Positions 11,946 to 25,591 of a stretch of DNA of 64,000 nucleotides are shown piece by piece. The stretch is from Octopus sinensis (taxonomy: Eukaryota): positions 26,784,001 to 26,848,000 of the forward strand of contig NC_043008.1 of the NCBI RefSeq assembly GCF_006345805.1, in the 5' to 3' direction. Position 1 is the stretch's first letter. Each line of letters opens with the position of its first letter. The notes beneath the pieces are model-generated. The model was not told the origin of the DNA and searched no databases. It saw only the letters and a program-made list of their open reading frames with translations. The position numbers and the translations under genes were made by a program.

Positions 11946-14900
11946 TCATCCTGGTAAATATGCAGCCATCTCCCAATAGCCATTCCACTTCTCATTGCTC
12001 GCAGGAAGTTTCTTCTTCTTGAAAAGGATCTGCTGTCTTGAGCCCACACAGGTAATGAAATCTCCAGTTGGTTCTTTCAATAGTTTTTTCCCCACAGTTA
12101 ATGAGAGCAATTTGGTTCTTTATAGCATTGAAGATAACCTTAAGGTCTTCATGTATATCTATTCAATAACCAGTGAGCAGTTGGAAAGAAAATGTTTCAG
12201 TGTTCCAGCATTTCCACATCTGTATATATCATTTTCTGAGATGTTCCATCTTACTAGATTTGTAGGTGATGACAAGACATTGTAGGAGGAACAAATCAGA
12301 AAACCTCCATATCTCATTCCAAATTATTTTTCTCTCGACAACATTTTGTTATCTGTCCTTGTTGAGCACATTGGATCAAATGAAGCTCTCTTCTGTCTGT
12401 TTCCCTCACTTTGACACTGTTGCTAACAGCAAATCTGCATTTGCTCTGCATCATAGTTGCAAACAGTCTGAACCGATTTGTGCCAAATACAAGTCCCTTC
12501 TGATGAATTTGCATTGCACCCACTATATCTTGGTGTGTAAGTGAAGACAGAATGTCATCAGTCTCTGCTTCTGCTTTTCACTTCCTGGCTGTTTTCTTAT
12601 CTGGTAGATTATGCCCAATTTCTATATCCTTTGACTCTCTCAGCATCATCACCGTTCGTGTCTTTCCTATTTTAAAATTTCGACTATTGACACCAGTGAT
12701 AACTGCAACGAGTCTCTTTTATGATACAGAGCTGAACTGTTCAATAACCAAGGTAAGCCTAGCCACACTCTAATGAGCACATTACACTTTTGTTCCATAA
12801 TTTAAATTCATAACAGTGCCATGAAAGTTGTGGATACAAGCCAAACTGTAAGCACCATATTTTATTACCAGGTAGCTTTGAGCTCTCAGTCGCTGTTAAC
12901 CCATCTTTGGCTTCATAATTTGCATCCTGTGAATCCTATCTGACAACATTCCAGCATATACATGCCCCAAGCCCTTGAGAGGTTCTTCCTTGACTGATCG
13001 AATGCTTTCTTCAGCTGTTTTAAACTTAACTTCTTTTTGCACTCCCTTAATAAATGTAAGACTACACAACTTTTTTGCCCTGAATTGCATCCTTGACCAC
13101 ATCTCAAGCTCATTAAACCTCAAGAGGGCACTCTGCATCATTTGCTTGTCTCTCAACAGAAGTGTCACATCATCCATGAAAGCTTTCTTAGGTAACTGAA
13201 CATGGGAATTTTGTTTTGAAAAGTTTTCTACTTTCAAAATCATCTCCATGACTAGAATAAACCATGTATCAGATATTGTGCATCCAGGAGCAACACCAAT
13301 CACCCAATCAGAGCTGATCTGTTGCAAAATTTTCCAGCTGTAAACCTCATTTTGAAACTGTCATAATATACTCTCATTAATCTTGTTACTTTGTCTGAAA
13401 TATGGAAGTGGTACATGGCTCTCATTAGTAATTTGTGTAGCACTGAGCAATATGCATTAGCTAGATCAAGCCATACCATATTCAGACTTGTCTTGTTCTG
13501 TTTGACATCCTGGATCACTTTCCAGATTGGAAAAACAATGCTCAATGCATTCAGGAACTCCAAGGATTCTGGCCTGTAGAAAAGATTCATCAACATATCC
13601 ATTACTCGGTATATATGCCACCATTCTTGTTGAGAGAATTCCCATAAAGATCTTGCCTTCCACATTCAATAAGGATATCGGCCTAAACTGTTTAATATTC
13701 TCTACATTGACCTCCTTTGTCAGGTATATGCCTTCTGCCATACATTAGTTCTCTACTAGAGTCTCTTCATGCCACAGCTGTCAGAGAGGACAAAGAGTTT
13801 CTTCTGTAGATGGTTGCAATATTCATATACTTTATATGAGATGCTATCACCTCCTTTGCTCCAGCTCACAAAATCATTCACCTCTTTCTCCCTGATATCC
13901 CCAAATTCAAATTCGATAAGAGATGCTTTAGCCCATTTATAGGTGGAAATGGCTGGTTTGGATGCCTGTAGATTTCTTTGATATGAGCAACCAAGTCCTT
14001 TTTGTTTGTGTACAATAAGGTGCCACTCTTCAGTTCAGTGAACAGCTTCTTAGTAACCCCATACAGGTCCTTCAGAAACTGTTCATGAGTCATGTTGCTT
14101 TCTTTTCTTCATTCATATTGGCAGATATGCCATTGCACATAATTGCATTTTCTTTTTAAATCTTCGTACAGCTGCACGAGGCCAGGTTTTTCGTCTTCCT
14201 CCACACATTTCCATTGCTTTCTTAGGCTGTTCTTTTCCCCGTCAAATGTTTCATTTTCCTCACCCTTCAACTTAGTCCATACTTTTCTTTCATTAATTGG
14301 GTCCAATATTTCACTCCAAATATTTCCTTTCCCGTATAATATACTGAGCTTGCTAACTTTCCCAGTTGCTCCACTGCAGATGCTGTCATTTTATTAAGAG
14401 CTGGACATACCTTGTTCTCAAACTCTTTATATCTTCCTTTCTCATTAACTGCAGGCCACAGAACCCTCAGTTTTTTTCTGAGTACTATCTGATGCACCAG
14501 TCTCATAACCTGCAGTTTCCATGTCTTTTACGATCAGATAATCCACACTGCTCTGTCTCCTCTTCTTACAAGTCTTTCCTTGATGTATTTCTAAGCCTCT
14601 CCAGTTGCAAATGTCCTATGGCACAGCTTGCATCCAAAGTTGTTTGCACTTCATTCGCTGTTTAGAGGAATGACCATATTCATGTCCAAGGTTATTTCCG
14701 TGTTAACTGGCTTTTATTGATTCTTGACTCCCCACTCTCAGTCAATCATGGTGCAGTCATTCTCATTGGTAGTTGTTACAATATGGTACAGAGGTGAGGA
14801 TTGTAAGTCTTCAGCCTCTGCCAGTCTTTCCTGGCCACAATAGCCTTTACCATTGTCAGCTCATCTTTCTGAGCAGTCCTCTTATCTTTCTACGGTGCCT

Positions 14901-14990
14901 AATCGTTATTCTGGTATGTCAGTAGCTACCTACTACAAGTTCTTTGATGTTTTGCAAACAACTTGCACATGCAAGTGCATCCAATTGAAA
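11946..14990 (-). mobile_element. HERO-like non-LTR retrotransposon, N-terminal Zn finger through RT to just before the RLE nuclease, decayed
   Basis: CKLCHRTFA..RGLEIHQGKTC (about 14560-14630), LWPAVNEK, QFLKDLY, QFRPISLLNVEGKIF, WLDLANAY, AFMDDVT, and WEMAAYLPG at the break. Confidence 0.88.
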
Positions 14991-15009
14991 AAAACTCTGC
15001 ATATTGGAA

Positions 15010-15445
15010 GCTAGGAGAGAAGGTGTGCCATTTCAGGGCCTACCTTCTGACGATATCATTACACACTAGTACCTCTCACTGACATGAGGCCCTGCTTGCT
15101 AGATAATTGGTTATCAGATGTAGCTTAATATTCTTCTAGCCAATGCTCATCGTCTCTTTTCAACCAGATCCAATGGCTCACTTTTTCCACTGTAATTTGG
15201 ATATCACTCATGGTGGTATTTGCGAGTTAGGCCTAACAATAAGAACAGTCACCTCACATTGTGTCCAATGAATCCTCTACATTTGACTTCGACTGGAAAA
15301 TGCTGCAGCCTGCATTTTCACATTCCTCGAGGAGGTTTACATGATGGTCAATCTTTTGAGCCTGAGCGGCATCCACGTTATCTTCATGAGGAACTGTTAA
15401 CTTGACTATAAATATACTTTTATTAAGGCTCCAAAATCTTCACAA
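15010..15445 (-). mobile_element. HERO-like C-terminal restriction-like endonuclease plus 3' UTR
   Basis: WSLNKSIFIVKLTVPHEDNVDAAQ, FPVEVKCRGFIG and VEKVSHWIWLKRDDEHW followed by a stop at about 15125. Confidence 0.8.
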
Positions 15446-15668
15446 ATTGTTACTTAGCTTCATGTTACCATTTGTTGGACAGTTGTGATTACAACTGTCT
15501 GGGAATGTAAAACTCTGAGTAATAGTTTGTGATGTTTTGGAAGCTTTAGTAAAGACATATAAATCTACCTTTAGTATTTGAGTACTATTTTTTCCACCGT
15601 GTTTTACATTTATGTGCTTACTTATGAGTGTGTGTATATGTATGTATATATATTTATGTGTGTGTGTG

Positions 15669-15709
<41 letters not shown>

Positions 15710-16366
15710 AGCATGGAAAGAGGATGCTAAATGATGATGATATATATATGTATGTATTTATGTATGTATGTGAGGCACAGATACACATAAATATGATGCA
15801 CATGTCCAGACACATACACCATCAAAAAGTGTTTGAAATATCCTAGACAGGTCATAAGATATTGGAGAAAAATAATATATGCAGATTGCTTAGATCGTTT
15901 TATTTTGTATGTAAAGTTGTTTCTAAATTTATTATCGCAATCAGATTGTATCAAAATCTGATAGTCAGTGTAATATGTACATAAAATGTTTTCTATTAGC
16001 CTTAAGTTGATGTATATAATAGTATATCCACTTAAGGTAGCCTTGGAATTGATATATTAACAACAAGGGATGGGTTAATACTTTGTTCATTAGTAATCTA
16101 AATTGGTATAAGTACACTTTGTAATATGGGAAGTGACTTTAGAGGAGAGTGGAACAGATATATTTTCATAAAAGTATTTGAATTAAATATGTGTCACCAT
16201 TATTTATTTGGTCTCGATTTATATATTTTGATAAAATCGTTTCTAATGTTTTTTTGTCGTTGTGTTCAATTTCCTGTGCATTGGTGTAATTAGAAGAGTT
16301 CAAAATTTGGTTGTTGTGTGACCTGCAGATCAATATTACTATTCCCTGTGAGGAAGTTTTTAGTGT

Positions 16367-16410
16367 TCAGGGTGAGTAAATGTCATACTCATGACGTTTA
16401 CTCACCCTGA
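16367..16410. repeat. 20-bp stem hairpin with 4-nt loop
   Basis: TCAGGGTGAGTAAATGTCAT-ACTC-ATGACGTTTACTCACCCTGA, with one G-T pair. Confidence 0.95.
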
Positions 16411-16549
16411 TTTACTCAAATCATCATCTGTTCTCTAATAAATGTATTTGTTTAACCAGTGTAATCCTTACTATTTTCACTGTATATCATGGCAAAAGTT
16501 ATCCCAAAGCATTTGAAATTTAGTAAGGGGATACTCTGAGATAAAATTA

Positions 16550-17345
16550 CATGAAAAATCTTGGTAAAAATATAGGAATAATTTTTTTCCCCAGTTATTT
16601 GAAGGAAAATGAGAAAAATATTTTGGCAATTGTTTTATTTTATTGGAAGAAAATTTGGATAACCTTTTCTGAATTCATCTCTCTTAAATAGTATTAGCAT
16701 AAAAGTTTAGTATACCTTGGAATACAGCAAAGAAAAATTACTCTTGTTTTTTCTTAGACATGTTGGTCATGAAATCTCTGGATAGAATCAAGATAGATGT
16801 GTGTTAGAAACTAACAGGCTCATGCCAATATTTATGTCTTATGCCCTGCAAAACACACAAGAATCAATATTCTTTTTAATCTAAGGAAAAGAATATATAC
16901 CATCATATCAAATCTGAAAACTCAAGGAAAAGACTAAAGGAACAACAAAATAATATGATTGAAGGGTTTTATTCCTCATCATTAATTGACAGTAAAAAGT
17001 GCAAAGGAAATTGATGTCAGTGATTTAAGAACAGCAAATATCAAAGAAATGAATGTGTCATTTTACATTTCAGCATATAACCCTGTGAATAAGGTCTTTA
17101 AGGTAACTAATTAAAATTTACCCATTTTAAAATGTACTCCAAAATTGAGGAGTATTTTAGCAATCTGACAGATAATTAAATGCAAAAAACATCCCAAATC
17201 ACTAAAGAAATTATTTACAAGTGCCCAATTACCTTCCAACATTTTATCAAACTTCATAGTTAAATCATGCAGGAAATCAAATTGGGGAATTTGTATTAAT
17301 ACATCTGAAGGTTCAGTGTTCTGTTTCAAAATCAGGACAAAATAT
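16550..17345 (+). mobile_element. Neptune-type PLE remnant (RT thumb and linker), decayed
   Basis: LPILKCTPKLRSILA*QIIKCKKHPKSLKKLFTSA and KSCRKSNWGICINTSEGSVF are homologous to KQPKSLKKILTKA..KKCGRPNCATCPNLLEGSEF of the 9.2-9.9 kb element. Confidence 0.75.
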
Positions 17346-18040
17346 CTAAATAAAAAATAAATTTACATGCTTATCCACAATTCTAATTTATATTATAACC
17401 TGTTGTAGATGTGGCAAGAATTACATTGTCCATACCGTGTTAAAAATCAGTTGACAGCTTACTGACAGTAATCAATTGATCTGAAGACTGGAAAAATTCA
17501 CCCAGTGAACATTTAGATTAAGGTGTGGAATCTCAGTGGCCAAAGTTAAAAAATCCTTATAATCAGTGTTGTCAGCTTACAAGTTATCACAGGAGATGTT
17601 GCATATGGCACTGGTTTTCTATGATAGACACTATGATGTAAAACAAGAGATGCTGGTAGAAATTAGGGTGTGTGTAATGAATGCACGACACTTGTGATAA
17701 ATTAAAAAGATTTATTTTGTCATATAACTAATTTTTCAGGTTGGTCATGAATTAGAAAGTTGCAACAACAAATCAGCACAATAGAAAGAATAATTCTGTT
17801 GTATTCACGAAAGTTTATTACAAAAACTATAGACTTGCCAAGACAGGGGCAAAATATACATATTGGATTCATATTGGCCAACTATAAGGACATATCAAGG
17901 TTGAGTAGGCACCATGATAATAACTATTGTAAATGCAAGAGTGTGTGTGGAGTTGGACAGCATGTTGCTTCACACTAAGACAAGAGGTGAGACATGTGAA
18001 ATTGAACTGGCTGGTTGCTGTACAGATAAGCTTTATAAGC

Positions 18041-18443
18041 ACAGATGTGGCTGTGTGGTAAGAAGTTGGCTTCACAACCACATAGTTTCAGGTTCAGTTC
18101 CACTGTGTGGCATGTTGGGCAAGTATCTTCAAATATAGTGTCAAGCTGACCAAAGCTTTGTGAGTGGATTTGATAGATGGAAACTGAAAGAAGCTCTTTA
18201 TATATTTGTGTGTGTGTGTGTGTATCTTTGTGACTGAAGATGTCCCTCACCATTTCTTGACAATTGGTGTTGTGCTTACGTCCCTGTAACTTAGCAGTTC
18301 AGCTAAAGAATGTGATAGAATAAGTATGAGGCTTAAGAAAAAAAAGAAGAAATACTGGGATTGATTCTTTCAAAAAAAGATTCTTCAAGGTGGTGCCCCA
18401 GCATGGCCGCAGTCAAATGACTGAAACAAGTCAAATATAAGAG
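18041..18443 (+). mobile_element. tRNA-derived SINE
   Basis: Head GGCTGTGTGGTAAGAAG..GGTTCAGTTCC and tail GGTGGTGCCCCAGCATGGCCGCAGTCAAATGACTGAAACAAG. Confidence 0.85.
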
Positions 18444-19231
18444 TGGAGATAACATTTTGTTCTGATGCCAATAGTACTCTGCAAAGCTAGCACTCAAAGC
18501 ATGCCTATTTATAACCCCTGTACAGGGACGTTCTAGAATGATCTGCAATGTGAAGCCTGGCTGCTGATTGGTCCATAACTTGGCCTTTCACATAAACAAG
18601 CTATTGCTATACCAGGGTTTTAACTTTTCAGTATGACTACTTGGTTTCAAGTCTTGCTACACTGTTAACTAGATGTTCAGAAAATGCAATAGAACAAGAA
18701 TCAAGAAAGGAACATTTGTTTGAAAAGTACAAACTAAGTTTAAATAGATAATTATGGCACATAATTTAAATATTACCATTTGTGAAAATATATGTCTCTC
18801 TTCGAATATTTAATGCTATCTTGCCTTGTTGCCAGGTTTATTTGTAACAAATTTACATTACTAATGTTTGTAGCTTTGCCTCTCTTGCTACATAATGTTT
18901 CAGTAAACTACAATATATCTTAACTGAAGGCTAACTGCCCGTCTTCACACATACATAGCTGATATGTAATTATGTGCATTAGAATATGAAGTAATTTACT
19001 TTGAAAGGGTTTGATTATGATAATATATTTTAGAATTATTTAATCATTTACATAAGCATATTCTTCTCTTTATTATTTCCCTCTCTCACATGCTCTCTCC
19101 TGTCTCTCAACTCACAATATCGCAAATTTTGTGCATACACACACACTGTGTGTGTGCGTAGACACATGGCTTAGTGATTTGGGTGTTGGACTTGTTGCTG
19201 GATGCTTGCTGCTTAAGTAGTGGGGAAAGAA

Positions 19232-19680
19232 AAATATATTTCACAGGCTTCATGAATTATAACTGAAGCCAACCCACAAACATTTAACTGAAATATCTAT
19301 TACCAGACATAAATATATTTGGTGTTGGCTATTCACACTGACCAATATTAATAATTGGTGGCTTGGAAAGAGAGAAAACCCATACTGTCTCCATAGATGT
19401 TTCTTATGAGACATTGTGTTCAGAATGGATCTATCCAAGAACCTGGAGATGTCTGTGCAAATGTCTGGAACTGTTTACGTAGCAAGAATGGAGACTCAAG
19501 TCAATCAACCACCTTCAAAACTCTACAGGTAACTGAGTGCCATATAGGGGACCAGAAGAACATCAAAGAAAACAATCTTACCCCACAGCTTCACACTGAT
19601 TGGGAGCTTAAAAGACCACTCATGTGAAACTATGGGGGTTTGCTTGTAGTGTCTGACAGATTAACTAATGGTTAAATTTT
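19232..19680 (+). mobile_element. Decayed repeat, probably an RTE-like LINE 3' fragment; copy 1
   Basis: Aligns with 20990-21430 (for example ATCCAAGAACCTGGAG.TGTCTGTGCAAAT). Weak LLFGE and TWEV-like RTE motifs. Confidence 0.5.
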
Positions 19681-20989
19681 GAACTACTACAACAAATCAT
19701 CTGTTGACAGTTTCTTACGTAAAAGTGAAAAGAATGAAACAATAAAACAGAAAATTTGCAGTAAAATATAATAGATCAATGCAAATTCAAAAAGAACAAT
19801 TATAAGGAAAACATGCATTGAACATAAAATAAATGCTGAAAAAATGTCTATATAACAATAATAAGCTCATAAGATATGCAAAGTTCTACAGTTCTGTTTC
19901 TTTTTAGGGGCAGTGGGTACTGTATAATGAAAAATTTTTTTGTCTAGAAAAAAATGTTTGAGTGTATCCAGAATGTAAAATATTGATATATAAAAGGGGT
20001 AGTGCTTCTGTTGCAGAAATTTTCAGCTCCTTTGATATAACTTATATTCACAGTAAACTGTGAAATTTCATTAAACTGTTTGATGTCTCTTGTGTAATAT
20101 TAATTCGTGTTGGATTATGATGCACAGACTATTGATTGAAGATCAGCGTACATGATGAAGATTCTTCTTTCCAAGGGATGGTGTAAATGCAAACTGCTAA
20201 AGAAACTGCTGATTTCCTGTATTTGAACAGATAACTTGAAAGAACATAGTTGCATGCAATGGACAAATGATTTCTTGAAGACTATTGGCTACAAGAATAT
20301 AAGCATGCAAGATAACGAGGCCATTGTCATTGCATGGTTTTGCATAGCATGAATTCTGTCTCTAATCGTTTTACAAAAAATTGCCAGTTCAGAGGAGATA
20401 AAAGAGACAAAAGTGGGAAGATAAACATCTGGCTTAGACGTGTTGAACGGCGAAATATCCATGATACCATATAAAGTTGCTATATTTAAAATGTAAATTA
20501 ATTGGAATTAGTCAAATGAAAGGATATGAAAAGCTCAAATACCAGTTGTTACAGTGAAATCAGGAAGTTTCTGGATAAAATTTGCTCCTAAATCACACAT
20601 TTGAAAGAAGACATGATTTTCCTAGAAGTTGAAAGTTGGTTTTGACTGTTATTTCACGTGGACAGAAATAATTTAAGCCATTTATAGTCATTTATAGTCT
20701 TATAATGTTATAGCGTCAAGAGGATATTGCAGTGGTAAGAGTAATGAACAGTTTCTCTGTCCTCATTGATATTCACTTTGTTTATAATGGTGACGAGTTA
20801 ATTTACATGAGATTAATGAGTTGGGTCTATTGTTGCAGCAATTGTTGGCTTTTTCTTGACTTGAACATTACCAAATATTGAAACGATGAACATTGGTTGT
20901 CACCAATTTTGTGATTTTACTGGCTATTTCTTGAGTTGAGGGCCACCAATGCCACTGCTTGTGTGTTGCTGCTCAAGTAGCAAAGAAAT

Positions 20990-21430
20990 GAAAACATATT
21001 TTGCTGGTTGCATGAATGATAACTGAAACAAACCTGAAAATATTTAACTGAAATCTGCTTTGATGGACATAAAAATATTTGGTGCTGGCTATTTACAATG
21101 ACTAATATTAATAATTGTTGTTTGGGGAAAAGACAAAAGCTATGGCATATCTGTAGAAGTTGCTTATGAGATGTTATGTGAATGTTCAGAATGGGTATAT
21201 CCAAGAACCTGGAACCTGGAGGTGTCTGTGCAAATATCCAGAACTGTCTCCATGGCAAATGGGTGGGGGGAGACTGTGATAAACTGAATGCCAAAACGTT
21301 TTCTTAAAGTGAACCTTAAGAACATTCAAGAAAACCATATCCTGCTTCTGCCTCAGACTGATTGGTCATGTAATAGACCCATCAGATGAAACTATGGCTG
21401 TTCATTTGGGTTGTCTGACTGAATGTCTGT
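20990..21430 (+). mobile_element. Decayed repeat, probably an RTE-like LINE 3' fragment; copy 2
   Basis: Homologous to 19232-19680, roughly 70% by eye. Confidence 0.5.
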
Positions 21431-21439
21431 CAGTAGGTT

Positions 21440-21660
21440 TCAGATCAATGCTATAGACTCATGATCATAAGTTTGTCGTTTCAGTTCCTTGAATTGGCAA
21501 CACTGTGTTCTTAAACAAAACACTTCACTTCATGTTGCTCCAGTTTACTCAGCTGGTAAAAATGAGTAATCCTGTGACAGACTGGTGTCCCATCCAGTGG
21601 AAAGTGTATGTGCCATGAAAACTGGGAAACTGGATCTATGAATTGGTAAGGAACTTTATC
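21440..21660 (+). mobile_element. SINE fragment, second family
   Basis: ACACTTCACTTCATGTTGCTCCAGTTTACTCAGCTG is shared with 26810-27110 and 61682-61975. Confidence 0.65.
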
Positions 21661-23369
21661 CTTTTATCTGATATATATGACCTACATATTTATAAACAGG
21701 GTTAATCTAGCTGTTTCTCTATTACTAAAGAAATGTTGAACAACCTTTCTTGATTTTTGAATCTTACGGCATTCTCATCAAAGGCATCTACATCAACTTG
21801 ACTAATTCTTGAGAAACACGCTGTCTATCTGCTTATATACTCAACAACTTCAGAAGCTACGAGAAAATGGACAGGGACACACACACACACACACACACAA
21901 TAGATTGATAGATTTAGTAATAAGTTTTTGTGAGTGCATAAATGGTGCTATGATTCGGTCTCAGAACACAATTTCTGCTGAGGTTTTTAATGCAATAAAT
22001 GTTTTTTCTACTATGAACGACAGAGAAAAGATGTTCACTTTGAGATACCTCAAAGCTTTTATGATACTTGTTGGATCAGGAACAGTAATAGCTGCCATAA
22101 TGTTTCTTCAACCATAATGTTGGTTAGGGTGTGTTACTGTTTTTATCATCCATTGTCTTGGCAATGTGGCCCTGCTTTGGTCTGCTCTTTGCAGAAAGAC
22201 CTTAAGTATATTTATTGCTACTAAGCTTTATTTACAAGCTATTGGTCAACTCAAGAACACAGCAGAAGTCAGTTACCCAAGTTTCTGGGCATTAAAATCG
22301 AAACAGAAACCCATTTTGCAGAGAAACCTTCTTAACCACTTGTTTGATGGTGTTGTATCTTCTTGAAGCATAGTACAAACTTTTGTTCCCAGCCTCTCAC
22401 CAAACTAAACACTTCTATTATATGCACTTGATAAGATAATCTTAATATCACAGCATATCTCTTCCTAACATAGAGAATCTGAATTGTTCATGTGTATATG
22501 TTATGGAAATGCTTATATTGCTGATTATCTCCTGGTATGTAAGAGTGGACATCTAATTATATTTCTCATTAGGAAGTGTCATAAATATCTAATAATCCCA
22601 TTTTCATATCTCATTCAACAAAAGCTATTCTGGCTTTGCAATACCCACCTTTGTCATGTTAGAATTAATAATTGTCACTGATCCAATATTGAGTAAACTC
22701 ACTTTTCAAGACTTATCTCCCTAAGAAATTATTATCTATGATCTAATTGTATGAGTAGAAATTGCAACTATATACAGCAAACTGTAATGGACGTAGGCCA
22801 TGATAAACATATGTTAAAACCAAAGATAAGCCAAGTAGTTTAGCAAACAATTTTGAAAGACCCAAAGATAGTATCTAGTGCAACATGATTTTCCTTTCAA
22901 TATAGTTTTATTGTGTGAAAATATGATTAGATATAATCATATTTCTATTTATTGTTCTGTTGATTAAATTACACAAATATTACATAAATCATCACATTCT
23001 TTAGAAAACATAGCTGAAAATGGTTTTGAATTATTTGATACACACACATGCACACACATGTGCGTGTGTGTGTGTAAACAATTGAAAGGTTTCTTATTTT
23101 TCACAGCAAGATCATGTGATAAGTGGAAAATAAATATTTTAGTTTACTTTAACAAAGCAAAGTTATTCTTATTCCTTTTTGTTTAGATCTATCTTTAGAA
23201 TTACCAGAATCTGGAGTAATTTCCAATGTTATAGTTGTGCTCTTGTTTAATCACAGTCAGGTTCCAAAGAAGCTGGTTTAATCCAAATGTAAACTTCTAT
23301 AGATTTTTATGCATGCTGTAACCAGGAGTCTATCATTAAAGGTGTATATATATATATATATATTATATA

Positions 23370-23814
23370 TAGTCATACGATATAGTGTATATTTAAATAC
23401 ATAAGGAATCCACTTATAGGGATTCTACATGCTAGAAAGGACAGCTAGGTTCTATAATCACAAAAATTTACTGCGCAGTCGCAGGACTGCGACTGAGCAA
23501 TGAATTTTGAAAAAGTTAGGACATATAAACACAAGACAAGTAGTTTTGAATATTCCGTGTGTATACATTTAACCCTAGGTTGGAACTGCTGAGGAAGATC
23601 AAACCTAGTGAGTTCTCCTTGACTCGCTAAAATAAGATCAGAAACCAATTGGTCCAGGAAACTAGATGGTAAATGTTTTTCATTTCTAAATTTATTCCTG
23701 TCGAATTTTATCCCTAATTTTTGTGGTTATAGAACCTAGCTGTTCTTTCTAGCGTGTAGAATCCCTATAAATGGATTCTTTATGTGTTTAAATATACACT
23801 ATATCGTATGACTA
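23370..23814. mobile_element. 445-bp MITE with 99-bp TIRs (TAG...CTA termini, ATA on both flanks); compatible with Academ
   Basis: 23370-23468 matches the reverse complement of 23716-23814 with about 6 mismatches. No ORF. The superfamily is inferred from the termini only. Confidence 0.85.
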
Positions 23815-24574
23815 ATATATTGTCTTTTTGACTAAATTTTTTTACACGTTAGACCACTGGAAATGTAAATTTTAATTAATTTCCATTTCCCTTTGATATG
23901 ATTAAATACTATATGTTATATATAGATAGAGATATAGATATATATAGGCAAATCAAAAATAAAAGCATTTAAAGCAACAAAAGTCAAAAGAACATAGACA
24001 GTGAATGTATTAGATTGATGTTGAGAGAAAGTTTAAGATTACAAAAAGAGAGGGTGTGACATTTTGAGTGTTGCTCTTTGCTTGAAAGAGGAAAAGTCCA
24101 GAGAGAAAGAAAAGAATAGTCCAAGAAAAGCATGTGTGTCCTTACATGGCAGAAAAATAAATGATGAAATCTCTAATAAGTCTGGTTTCCCTGACTCTGT
24201 GGCTTATATATTACCCTCTGGGTAGGATTATTTTTGACAACTGAATGGATTGGAGTGTTTTTCTGAAGAACACATCGTATTGATTGGTCTCTGTATTGAA
24301 ACAACCTTACAATTAAGAGTGTTAATTATATAATCACTAAGCCATGGACATTCATTCAAGCCATGGACATACCACACAGCCATATACACATATGTACATA
24401 CATACACTCATACATACGCATATTTATATGTACATCTATGCATGTGCATACAAATACACATGTGTGTATATGAATATGTTATCCTTTACATGGAAAAAAG
24501 GAAGAAGGGTTAGTTTCAGAAAGGGCAAGCATGGTAAAACAGACTAACAAGAAAGAAGAAAAATAAAAGAATAC

Positions 24575-24765
24575 ATAAATGCATACATGCATACATACAT
24601 GCATGCATACATAGATACATACATAAATACATACATGCATACATAGATACATTCATACATACATACCGGCCACAGCTCATAAGCTGAAACTAGAATCAAT
24701 CATCAATCAATCAATCATACATACATACATACATACATACATACATACATACATACATACATACA

Positions 24766-24795
<30 letters not shown>
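24575..24795. repeat. (ATAC)n / (ATCA)n tetranucleotide array
   Basis: Direct reading. Confidence 0.9.
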
Positions 24796-24800
<5 letters not shown>

Positions 24801-25591
24801 GTATGTGAAATTTGTAAATGTTACATGAGCTATAGTACTTTGAAAACAAAAAAGTTTAACATTTAATTTCATTTATATTTGTGTATGTAAAATTGACAAA
24901 ATAAACATAGTTTGTGCTTAAAATCTAGTTACATCTTAGATAAAATACAGATGATTTCAGAGCAAATCCTCACAAAATATAGCATTTAGTTCACCAGCAA
25001 TTAGCATCTCTGTCACTCACTTCCACTCAATTTGCTGTTTTAGTTTCTCTTGTCCAATGTGAATGATTCACTGCATTTTGTTACATGTAAGATAAGATAT
25101 GAAAGCAGAATGAATTTTCTAATACAATAAGACAAAAGAGCAAGTTTGAGATGGAGTTATAGCAAGGCAGTAGAAAAACTGTTGGATAATTTAGAACATT
25201 GTTTTGTTAAGCATTAGGAGACAAATATAAAATATAAACAGAATGACTTCAGCTCACATCAAATAACTTAGAAAGTATAAATCTTGTAAATTGGAACAAA
25301 TTCTACAACTTCAAACCCTTAGGTGCTTTTCAGAAAAAAAATGTACATCTTGAAAATTATGGAAAATTATGCCTGTAACTTAAAGATCTACCACTGTTAT
25401 GTAATGTGCCATACTGATTCTATTTCAGAATTAAGTTAAATATGTCTGCATTATACTCATCCATTTCATAGTTTAGTTCAAGAAGCAGATCCTTCAAGCA
25501 ATAGAATAGTCATAGTTGATATTGATGTAGGAACTTATATATGTATACAAATATTGAAGTGTTTTCATACATTTTTGCATATACCTATGTA

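Noticed and set aside
19900-20800. Possible transposase remnant
   Set aside because: No catalytic motif or TIR pair could be recovered by eye; left unassigned.
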